Positions 53,200 through 64,000 of a stretch of DNA of 64,000 nucleotides are shown piece by piece. The stretch is from Octopus sinensis (lineage: Eukaryota). The notes beneath the pieces were generated by a model. That model was not told the origin of the DNA. It did not search any database and saw nothing but the letters and a program-made list of their open reading frames with translations. Location of the stretch: positions 9,982,001 through 10,046,000 of the forward strand of contig NC_043006.1 of NCBI RefSeq assembly GCF_006345805.1. The letters are read 5' to 3'. The position numbers and the translations under genes were made by a program. The stretch's first letter is position 1. Every line of letters starts with the position of its first letter.

Positions 53200-53781
53200 A
53201 CTTAGATAAACTTAGATATGTTTCGACCAAAGATTGGTCTAGGCCATGTCTAACTTAATAGCACCACCTGATAGGATTATTCGAGTCATGTTTAAGTCAA
53301 GTTTTGTTCAAGTAGTGAGTTCTTGTTGGGTGAGTTGTATCCAATTATGGGTGGCTTATCTGGTATTTTTTGAAGGAATCTATCCAGACTCTGTTTAAAG
53401 TTGATGGGATCCTTTTCCTCTTTGATCTCCCTCGGGACAATGTTAAATAGGGAAGGGCCTGTTGAGGAAAAGAAATTATGTTGCAGTGTACATGTATGTT
53501 GTGATCTTGAATTGGGCAGGGGACGTATAGCCCGTGGTTCAAGTCTTGGATGAACCTTGAAGCTAATGTTTAGGTCGTTTGGGCAAAATTGGCGGTATAT
53601 TTTCCACATCGTACAAATGATGTACCGCTCACGGCGACGCTGGAGGGAGTAAAGTTTCACGGCTTTAAGCAGATCCCAATAATCGAGAGCAGCCATGCCT
53701 TCAATTCGTTTAGTGAGTGCCCTCTGGGGTGACTCAATTCTGGAGATGTTTTGTCTTGTGTGAGGAGACCACAGTGGGCAG
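53200..53781 (-). mobile_element. CR1-like LINE family B, 3' fragment
   Basis: ORF 53292-53828: PLWSPH...KLYSLQRRRERY...PDKPPIIGY; 3' tctaagttt repeats. Confidence 0.9.
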
Positions 53782-54079
53782 ATATATATATATTTACACA
53801 TACATATACACACATATATATACAGCATCTGTGTCTGTCTATATGTGTCTATGTTTAAAGTTTATATCAACTGAAATTAAAGAATATCTCTATATTGCAT
53901 TCATTAGTGGCGTAGAAGAATTAGGGCTGCAACGACTTAAATGTTCTGAAACATAATAGAAAACAAGAGGCGTAGGTCCTAAAACTAACATCAGTAATGA
54001 ATAATACGATTGCATTAATTAATATAAACGGGACTGAAAAAAATGTCTACTTAATTCCAAATTATGAGCACACAGTTAC

Positions 54080-54293
54080 CTAGGGACATATACAGGTTCT
54101 GGCAAAAAAAAAATTGGCATCAGTCTCACCGTTATAACAAATATTTCAACAGCAAATGTGTGATATCCACCGGTAGAAGTGAAAATAATTAATAGAAAAA
54201 CAAAACCTATAAGCCAGCCCCTCCTCGAAGACATTTTTAATACCTGCCTACATTCATGGACATGTAAATCTTCGGAGGACTTTCTGCTGCACT
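54080..54293 (-). CDS. Candidate host exon encoding a hydrophobic N-terminus (unidentified membrane or secreted protein)
   Basis: Acceptor ctttaattatacag|, ATG at 54234, MSSRRGWLIGFVFLLIIFTSTGGYHTFAVEIFVITVRLMPIFFLPEPVYVP, donor CCTAG|GTAACT; no TE similarity seen. Confidence 0.35.
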
Positions 54294-56229
54294 CTGTATA
54301 ATTAAAGATTGCATGAAAGTGTTTATAAAGGTGTATTTCTTCCAGATTCATACTATTAAGGTATAGGCTGTTGTTTATTTATCCGTGATGATCATTAGTT
54401 CTTGTTGTTGGGACAAGAAAGGAAACTGGTAACAACATTCCATTTCTTGCCTTAAATAATCCAAGAGAAAACGAATGTAAATAATACCGAACTCGAATTT
54501 GCACTCAGAATGAATAGCGCTAAATATTGTCGATATTGTAAACGCAATGCTATTTTACTTGCACGTAGTTAGCCGAGAAATTAAATTTAATTAATGGAAA
54601 TTACAATCTTAATGACTAATTCTAGTCAATAAATGCAATTGAGACAACACTCGTGATTTTAATTAATTAAACTAATCTATTTTATGAATCCGCCGTTCTA
54701 CTGATTATATGAGTATTAAGAAATTTATCGTAGTCCGGATTGGCTTTCTTTACGAGTGCCACTAACCGGAGGTTAAGACGTCACATAGCTTCTCAGTGAT
54801 TGAGCAGTCTGGAATCAATCTCTGTTGGGACTAATTGAAATTATTTTATATCAGAAATGTTTTCTATACACATTTTTATTTTAAATTAGCTTTTTCGAAC
54901 TGGAACTTAGTTATAATTGTTTCATCAGCATCACAGACAATTCTGTTAATATTTTAATTAGAAATGTTGTCTGAGTACCCGACTTAACCTTCTTGTAAAT
55001 TCTCCACACTCACGCCACATTCGAAATGCGTGAACGCCACGATATTCTACAGGTAAAAATAGTGGTCTCTTGATATACTAAAGATGTTGGCCAACATACC
55101 AAAAACTCGTTTCCTTACAACCTAAAACAGGGAAGTGAATATTTTAGAATTATATATGAAAATATATACTAATGTCTGTGATGTTTTACCGACAGGAGAG
55201 CCCTTTGAAGTTAGATAAACTTTCACAAGAACTCAAATTTCCTATCGAATTGAATTATTGGTTTGCTGCGCCTTACATATATCTTTAGTGGTTGTCTTTT
55301 GAAATAATGAGCGATTTCCCCATAGTATCGGTTATTTCTATTCAATTGTTCGGTAAAATGAATTGCAAAACCGACATGCAAAAGAGATTGATTATTAGAT
55401 GCATTATGTGCAACAAAATTCACAGACGAAATGTGATTGAGATTGGAACGAACACCAGTGCTTTAAACTACAGATATAATAAAGAACGAAAGAATTGAGG
55501 TCAGTGTACGTCGTCTAGTCGAATCTTGAACAGAGAAACTACAGGCATTATTTAGATTTTTGGTACTTTTACCAAATTAAATTAAGTCAGCCTTCATCTA
55601 CGTAAACAAGATACCGTTTATTAAATCAAAAGTAAAAATGACATTTATAAGCAAAATCTCAAGAACATAGTAACCAATTTCGTCTATTAGTTTCCCAGTC
55701 TAAAAGCATTTGCAGCAAATATAATTTACGCCTTAGCAATAATCGTTTATGATACTATTAAATTGTAGCATTCAAGAATGACTTAGTAAATAGGTTTAAC
55801 CTTTTTTAGATAAGAATACACGAGTTGTTTATAAATATACTTCAGATAAAGGTAGATAGACACTTTTGCGGTTGTATCTTTTGTTGAACTAATTAACTTG
55901 CAAATTAAGCTTAAAATTCAGCTGTTATTTCGAAAAGATGTTATAATGAATTATGGGTTAATTAACGAGATAAATATCCACTTAGAGATAAAGTAAAATT
56001 GCTATTGTTAGTATGTCCTTCCTTGAACCTAATTAAGAAAAGGTTTGAACATAGCACAACCATTTTATGTAATGATTACGAATTTTGTCACAAGGCTAGT
56101 AATTTCGGGGTGGGGTTAACTGCATTGAATCGACCCTACTTTTCACCTGGAACTTATTTTATAGGCCCCCAAAAAGTGAAAAACAAAGTCTACCGCAGTG
56201 GTATTTGAACTCAGAAAACGAACTAAATA

Positions 56230-56468
56230 TCTATTTCTTTATTACCCACAAGGGGCTATACATAGAGGGGACAAACAAGGAGAAACATGGGTATTATGTC
56301 GATTACATCGACCCCAGTGCGTAACCGGTACTTAATTTATCGACCCCGAAAAGATGAAAGGCAAAGTCGACCTCGGCGGAATTAGAAATTACTCACAACG
56401 TAACGATAGACGAAATACGGCTACGCATTTCGCCCGGCGTGCTAACATTTCTGCCAGCTCGCCGCCTT
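56230..56468 (-). mobile_element. SINE family 2, well-preserved copy with 15-bp TSD nested in an older related copy
   Basis: TSD aaaacgaactaaata at 56215-56229 and 56469-56483; host copy spans ~56085-56530. Confidence 0.9.
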
Positions 56469-57917
56469 AAAACGAACTAAATACCGTTAATAATTGTCCT
56501 CGACGTTCTCAGGTTTCTGCGAGCTCACCACCTTAGAATCATTATGTAAAACAGACTATGAAGTAGATTACAGATTTGTAAACGAGAATGTTTGGTGTTC
56601 TGCTTGTTAAATACTGAAACTGATACTCGCAAAGAAATAAAATTACGATAAATACAATTTAGCTTTAATGAATTGTGAATTATGAAATGTTATGACGAGG
56701 TCAGTGTCAATAAAGAGCATAAAAGAGTTATGCAAATGACCCAATAGGTTATGAGGGTGGTCTGGTTTTCAGTTGGTTTATAAACACATTTATGATAGAA
56801 GAGATTGAAGCAGCATTTTGTGGCTATTGATATCAGATCCTAGACATGAATTCACCACGCGTCAAATCTTCTTAAATACAGAAAGCACAGTAACTTGAAC
56901 TACGTCACTGTATATAATCTTTACCGATCAAAATCGTATAAAAGCATAAAACTGCCTTTCATTTTACCTAACATTGAATAAATTCTTTTTAGATAATTTA
57001 CAATGATTTTTTTAAAAATACCAATTGTCTTTCTCCATGTAGGTTCTATAATGTTTCTACAAATACTATGAGGTGGGAAATTGTACCTCTAGAGGGCATT
57101 GTAGATTTACAGAATCAAACTAAATCAATTATAGTTTAATATAAGAGCATAGATAAATCGGTTCTGAGTAAAGATATCCTGATAATAACAATAGTATATC
57201 ATGCACAAAAGAGCTAAAGTTTGTCTTTATCAACAATGCAATGCATCATGTACAAAATTTCATATTTTGCTCTACCAATCGACCTTTCGTTTCGTCTTTC
57301 CAAGAATTCAATTCCCTGTAAAACGTGAGACAATCACAAACAATTATCTTTAAGACGACAATAAATGAAGTTAATCCTAAGTCAATTATTTTCAATTGTT
57401 TTCACCTTTGTCTCCTTTCTGACTTCTAGTTAATAATATACTGCCGCTTCATGTTACAAACAGTACAAATAAAATAAAATTGGTGTTTGTAAGGCACGCT
57501 ATTTTCTTATCAATAACAGTAAATCTATGTTCATGTATTGTTTTTACTATAATCAAGTTCACAAGCATCATTATTTCTTACAACTACACACCAACGCACA
57601 TATATACGAGTGTCTAAACGCATGCACACATAGATGATTATAAACAAAATAGTTTACGGGTTTTCAATCATTGGTTATGTTCACTCCGATTTTCACCTCT
57701 CTGACAGGCACAAATGTTTTATTTTGTGAATTATATGTAATTATAATTGTACATAGGCACACATATACACGCGTAAATATATGCCTGTGCGTACGGTATG
57801 AAATATGCATATAGGAATGCCTCAGTTATGTTATAAAAATTATTCATCTAATACTTGTATTCTGTAGTACATCTAATAGTAACTGTATGCGCGCATGTAC
57901 ATATAGGAACCTATATG

Positions 57918-57956
<39 letters not shown>

Positions 57957-58146
57957 TAAATAATAATATTTTATAAGCTGAAAGCTTTAAGAGGTTACCT
58001 TGTATTGATCAAAGAATAATAGTCCAAAATTGGGGTATATACAGTAAGCCCTGTACGGAAAAAAGACGCATCCCAATTCAACGCAGAATATCTATACGTC
58101 TGTCTATCTATCTATATATGTATGTATATATAATTGTGTGTGCTTG

Positions 58147-58214
<68 letters not shown>

Positions 58215-58216
58215 TA

Positions 58217-58541
58217 AGAGATAAAACCACTATTAGGCAAATTATACAATGAAAACCTTAAGCCAATACATAAGATTAATTAATTTATATTATTTAAATA
58301 TATATCAAAATTATTAAAAAATTGATTGATTAAACCTCGCCAAGTTAAATATTTAAACCACCTGAAGGATGACTGCAACTCGAAAATTTTAAGAATTGAA
58401 CAGCCATGAAACGATCGTAGTGTTATATTAATTATTTTTAAAAATCATTTTGATATATATTTAAATAATATAAATTAATTAATCTTATGTGTTGGCTTAA
58501 GTTTTTCATTGTATGTTTTGCCTAATAGTGGTTTTATCTCT
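58217..58541. repeat. Inverted repeat, ~95-bp arms
   Basis: agagataaaaccactattaggcaaa...atatatcaaaa mirrored at 58446-58541. Confidence 0.9.
58359..58422 (+). ncRNA. Type I hammerhead-like motif (A9->G) in IR spacer
   Basis: cac-CTGAAGG-ATGaCTG...CAGcCAT-GAAA-CGATCGT-A-gtg; ACGAUCGU palindrome. Confidence 0.6.
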
Positions 58542-58632
58542 AATTTAATATAATATAATATTTTACTATAAAATTGGATTCAATCCTAAATCTGATTTTT
58601 CCCTGTAAGTTTGGATTTATTCCCTAATATTT

Positions 58633-58671
<39 letters not shown>

Positions 58672-59389
58672 GACAGACTGACAGACAGACTGACAGATAG
58701 GTAGATAAATAGGTAGATAGATAGAAAGATGGATAGATAGATAGATTGATAGATAGATACGTGTCAGTGTTTTCTCACTTAGACGGAAGCGTGTTATCAT
58801 TGTGCAATAATTATTTCGTATTAAAAGAGAATAATTTATTTCATAGCGGATTGACTTATGTAAGCATTGAATGAATTATATCTCAATATATATCAAACAC
58901 ATATATCGCACTGTATAATTCAACAAATACAGAGTATTCTAACTAGTATATACCCTATTTAACAGTTGATAGCTAAAAGGATAGAGTCTAAGGGAAATTT
59001 ATTATACCATGTGATTGGAAGTTAGAAAAAGTAGTCGGACTGGAAAGATAATTCAGGGTGGAGTTTCAAATAAATATATTGACGCGACTTACCATCGATC
59101 GAACTAGAAATAAGTTACGAGAAGATGGAACAGTTCAGAATGTCCGTCCACATGAAACGTTCCTGATGACTTAGGACTTCGACGAACCCTACAATACTAA
59201 CAGAAGTACATGAAACGTATTGCTATGGGTCAGGGAAATCAGTGCATCAAGCGAGGCATGAGATAGAATTTTTAAATTCAAAATGCTTCATTTGTAGAGC
59301 TACATTCAAAGAATAATTCTTGCTGCTAATGATCCAAACAGAAAACCGGAGTTTGTGGCAAGATATCTAGATGCTGCACTCTTTTCAAC

Positions 59390-59855
59390 AAAGAATATTT
59401 GGAATGATGAGGCTACATGTATATGAAATGGGTCAAGTAACCGATTTAGTTAACTCTATTGGAAGCCTAAAAATCTGCATATTACGAAGGAACAGTTTGT
59501 TAAATTTTAACAGGAGTCGCCGTATATTGGTTATCAAATAACAAAAGATTATTTGGAACATTCTTATTTTCTATGCTACAGTGAGAAACTCTACTTACTT
59601 GATGTTGCTACCGTGGCATTCAATTGGAATTTGATTACGTGTGGCTTATTTTTAGCAAGATGTGGCACCCCTTCTCCTACCATGGTAATATGTAATATAA
59701 AGTGTCCTGCCTTAATGAGATTTCACCATAAAAGTGGATTGCTTAAAGAGTTTCAGTAGAACACCACCTGAGATCACTGGACAATTTTTCTGAGAGAGTT
59801 AATTACGAGGTAAACTTTAAGGTACACAACGGGCAACAGTTGACGAATTAAGTGC
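59390..59855 (+). pseudogene. Decayed Tc1/mariner-superfamily transposase (maT/rosa-like)
   Basis: WNDEAT, YWKPKNLH, (Q)QDVAP, ATVDEL in the expected order, with stops and frameshifts. Confidence 0.55.
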
Positions 59856-60044
59856 CGTCTTTGAATGAGAGCAAAGGTAAATACTGAAGGAAATGTTATT
59901 TGATGATCGTGTTTCCATTGCTTCGAGCTCTCAGCATTGCCTAGGCAAGAACCGTCATAAGTTTGAAAACTACCTTTCGTAAATCAATTAATTTCTGTCT
60001 GTAGATTTTATTATATTTCGAAACTGAAATGTATTTTGTATTTT

Positions 60045-60368
60045 GAGAGCGTCGAGCTTACGATCGTGAGGTTGTGAGCTCGAATCCCGGACCGCGCTGC
60101 GTGTTGTGTTCTTGAGCAAGACACTTTATTTCACGTTGCTCCAGTTCACTCAGCTGTAGAAATGAGTTGCGACGTCACAGGTACCAAGCTGTATCGGCCC
60201 CTTTGCCTTTCCCTTGGACTGACAAAATCGGTGACGTGGAGAGGGGACACCGGTATGCATGGGCGACTGCTGATCTTCCATAAAAAAAAACAACTTTGTC
60301 CAGACTTGTGCCTCAGAGAGTAACTCTCTAGGTGCAAACCCATGGTCAGTGTCTGACCGAAGGGGGTC
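60045..60368 (+). mobile_element. SINE family 4, slightly 5'-truncated
   Basis: Close match to 39268-39605. Confidence 0.88.
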
Positions 60369-60469
60369 AAAAGTATAAAAAAACATTTTTGAAACACATA
60401 CTTCTGTATTATCAACTGGTCCTTATCATTCGTACTTCCTTCATCGCTCCATCTAATTCTTCACTTTCA

Positions 60470-60667
60470 TAGGCACAAGGCCTGAAATTTTGAGGGAGGC
60501 GGAAATTTGATTACGTCGACACCAGTACTCGACAGCTACTTATTTTATCGACATCTAAGAATGAAAGGCAATGTCGCCTCCGGCGGCATTCGAGATCAGA
60601 ACACAAAGATAGACTAAACGCCGCTAAGACTTTTGCCCGGATTGCTAACAATTCTACCAGCTCGCTG
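60470..60667 (-). mobile_element. SINE family 2, degenerate
   Basis: tattttatcgac...atgaaaggcaatgtcg...ctaccagctcgc. Confidence 0.7.
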
Positions 60668-60703
60668 TGTTGGGATAAGTTTTAACATTAACAATGAAAT
60701 ACA

Positions 60704-60920
60704 GGGGACGAGATGGCAGAATCATTAGCTCGCCGGGAAAAATGCTTAGCAGCATTTCGCCCAGCTTTAAATACTAAGTTTGAATTCTGCCGAGGTCGAT
60801 TTTGAATTCTGTCCCTTTTGGGGTCTGTAAAAAAAGCGCAAGTTGAATACTGGGGTTGATATAATCCGCTGAGCCACTTCTCTGAAAATATTGGCCGTGT
60901 TCCAAAATTTGAAATCAATA
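60704..60920 (+). mobile_element. SINE family 2, degenerate (head-to-head with previous copy)
   Basis: ggacgagatggcagaatcattagc...gccgaggtcgattttg...tactggggttgat. Confidence 0.72.
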
Positions 60921-61531
60921 TAACTTACACGAAAAATATGTGAGTTATTATTAATAAATGTAGATTTTTTTCCATCATAAAAGAACTATACTGCGATAAG
61001 TCATGAGAAAAAGTTGAACGGAGAAATTAAAAGGCAAAAACCAGAAAGAAATATTAAGAAGTAAAAAATGTAATAGCGTTTAGTAAAATATATTTGCAAT
61101 AAAATATAACAGCAGCATTTAATACAGACGGCAAAATAGTAACGACTGCAATGAATATTATTTCGACGTTTTAACGAGACACAGAGCAGGAGGTACTATA
61201 CGTCTTATGGATATATATATGTGTATATATATACAATTATGTATATATGTATATATATATATATACAATTATTTGTGTCTAAACGCAATACAGTTTCAGT
61301 AGACCAGTTCCAATCAATATATGAATGCAAAACTATGATAAAGTTACAAAAACTGTGCTGTTGTAAAGCAAACGTGTGAAAGTACAACGTCCATCGTTAT
61401 ATATAGAGTATACACACATACATTCATACAAACGTGTGAACACATACACACACACGCACTCACGCACACACAGACATGAATGTATAATACATACATATAC
61501 ATTTATACATACACACTCTGATATTAATATT

Positions 61532-61581
<50 letters not shown>

Positions 61582-62689
61582 CACACACACATATATATAT
61601 ATGTGTATATGTATATGTATATATGCATACGTATAATTAAATAATATTATGAACCCAAACAACGTTTTCAATGCATTTACGAGATAGACTTGTGCGCGTG
61701 TGTGTGTGTACATACCTGCCTTGTATATGTATGAAGAAAATAATCTTGTGCTTCCTGCAATGTTTCTCTTTAAACCGTTGAAGAAATGTTCGTTGCCCCA
61801 GCTACTGGCTATTTTTTCTGTCAGAATCAAAATATGTTACGTTTCATTGCGAATACGTTTTACTAAACGATAGCATTTACTTTTTTAAAAAAAATTCATT
61901 GTCACTATTGTGTATTGTATTCTTCACTCGATTATAGCATTATATATTTTCCTCTTTATGCGACTCAGGAAAATATACATTAAATAATAAACCGCATATA
62001 TTTTTCCTGTACGTCTCTCACTAATAAATCATTTATTTACTTTATTTACTTTATTTACTTTGAACTGAATATGAACTAACGATATACTTTTTAATATACT
62101 TCTTCTTGATAATGTTTTATCTATTTACACAATGCTGCTTTCTTCAATATATTTCGGATTTGATTTCTATATTTTCATAGTACATATAACTGTTGGCAAA
62201 TTGGGAAGGTTCCAAATAAGTTTATACAGAATCTATTTTAGATGATAATCTTTAAAAACAAATTCATTGAAGCAAATCATATATCTTTTACGTTCGTGAT
62301 CTTATACAATAAAAATTAAAACAACTGTGTATTATATTTCACCTGGCGAACTTTTGTCGTTGTCCAATGCTATGTTTTGGTAAGACAGAAATTTTCTGAA
62401 TTTGATGCTTTTTTTCTAAAATATATATTTCATAGTTGACTTGTATGTTGCTTCCATGTATGCAGTAAGTGTGTATACAATGTATATTTATGCACCAAAG
62501 ACAAGGAATTTGTTATATATTAGTAGTATCTCTTGTTATTTAGTTGTCACAGCTCAGCTCTCATAGAGTAAGCATGTAACCACAGTTGTTACATCTGTGA
62601 ATATCCCGTCTTGTCTTCGGATCTTGCGCATGAACGACCACGCTGATCAAACATATACCAACCTCTTAAGAAATTCAGGAACTTTTGGC

Positions 62690-63640
62690 TGCTATTTCTA
62701 TGAAAAGGTTGATGAAATGAATCGAGCAGGAGATTAAGTTAAAATTGAAGTCCCTTGGTATCAAAAACATCGTTTCTGGGTGTGGTTTTGTTGCACGTCA
62801 GCAAGACTTTTCTAGAAAAGAGAGTGTGGGACATGTGTGAGTCTTTAAGGTAAGTGTTCTTGTGGAAATAGAATGTGTCTAGTGGTACGATATGTATAGT
62901 ATAACCTTTGCGATGATGGACGGTGATATATACATCTATGTTCCTTAGTGTGTTTTCATTCTTTTAAGTTTTGTTTAAATTCTTTGGTCATTTATGTATG
63001 CATGCGGTGCGTGTAGGGATATAATATTTGTGCGACCTTATATTAGGTGTAGTGGAAAAAATGCTTTTGGGTGGGTGTCCGCAGTGCTGGAGCGTGTGTG
63101 TTTTTTCTGGGTGAGTTAGTGTTTGTTCTGGTCAAATATATGCCGGATTTGCAGGTATTGGTGGGGGACCCAGGTATTATGGAGTCCAGCAAAGAGTTTC
63201 ACCAGATCATACACTAACGTTCCCACAAATAAACACACACGGCCCCGTACGACGGCCACCTACGCAATAGACTTTTCCATGACTGCCAATATTACCCCCG
63301 CACATATTATACCCCTACACACATCTCATCCATACATAAATGCCTCACGAATTTAACCAAAACACAAAAGAAAGGCAACACATTCACGAACATGCCCACA
63401 CCACCACCACCATACATGTAGTATCGCTACGCACATTCCATTTCCATAAGAAATCCAACCTTAATTAATACCCTCACTTCCCACACACTCTTTCCCAGAA
63501 GACTTTTTCCAACCTGCAACAACCTAACACCCCTCCCCCGTAAGAGATGATGCTGTTTTGATACCAAGGGACATAATTCTTAACTTGATTCCCTGCTCGA
63601 TTTGTTTCATCATCGTTTTCACGGCAACCACAAACCGGCT
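62690..63640. repeat. Large diverged inverted repeat
   Basis: atcgagcagg...tcccttggtatcaaaa (62740-62770) mirrored at 63555-63600; catacataaatg..gaattta..caaaac segments also mirrored; centre ~63180. Confidence 0.65.
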
Positions 63641-63874
63641 GTGTCTATTCACCTCCAACAATCGAGAGTAGTCACCATATTTCATTCCATAATGGCTTCT
63701 ATAAAGGGCAGAGATATATATAATCTAATATTTCGTTGTACCCTTAGTACACTTAGAGGTAAGATCGGCCGTTATGGACATATAATATTGTACACATCGA
63801 TAAATACATATATATGTGTGTTTGTATGTATGTATGTATGTATGTATTTATGAAAGTGTATATATGGATATATA

Positions 63875-64000
63875 CCTTTTTACCTTCTACTTGTTTCAAT
63901 CATTTGACTGTGACCATGCTGGGGCACCGCCTTGGAAGTTTCCTTCGTGCAACAAATCGATCCCAGGACATGTTTTACAAGCCTAATACGCATTCTACTG
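63875..64000 (-). mobile_element. SINE family 1, 3' part (runs off window)
   Basis: ttgtttcaatcatttgactgtgaccatgctggggcaccgcc...aaatcgatcccaggac. Confidence 0.8.

Noticed and set aside
59163-59220. CTGATGA...GAAACGTA
   Set aside because: No stem I pairing and poor stem II closure

Overview
AT-rich, microsatellite-saturated animal genomic DNA. The SINE repertoire suggests a cephalopod, most likely Octopus (inference). No complete host gene, true tRNA/rRNA gene or CRISPR array is visible, and nearly all short ORFs in the track are translated (TA)n/(CA)n/(GATA)n. Identifiable content is transposable elements: a near-full-length frameshifted CR1-like LINE ORF2 (6.5-9.4 kb), 3' fragments of a second CR1-like family, four Penelope-like element (PLE) RT/GIY-YIG remnants from two lineages, about five tRNA-derived SINE families, two mariner-type remnants and Helentron/HINE-like elements. 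The most notable signal is not in the ORF track: about ten type I hammerhead ribozyme (HHR) folds, several with non-canonical core positions, from unrelated short non-coding repeat families. Nearly all have a palindromic (dimer-type) stem III and sit in fold-back or terminally redundant insertions in (TA)n tracts. One is a 600-nt monomer with an 89-nt terminal repeat and another shows circular permutation, suggesting a retrozyme-like (circular or multimeric RNA) system mobilised by PLEs. Two HHR families carry unusual core variants (G3-C8 swap; U at position 6). All folds were read by eye and none has been tested.
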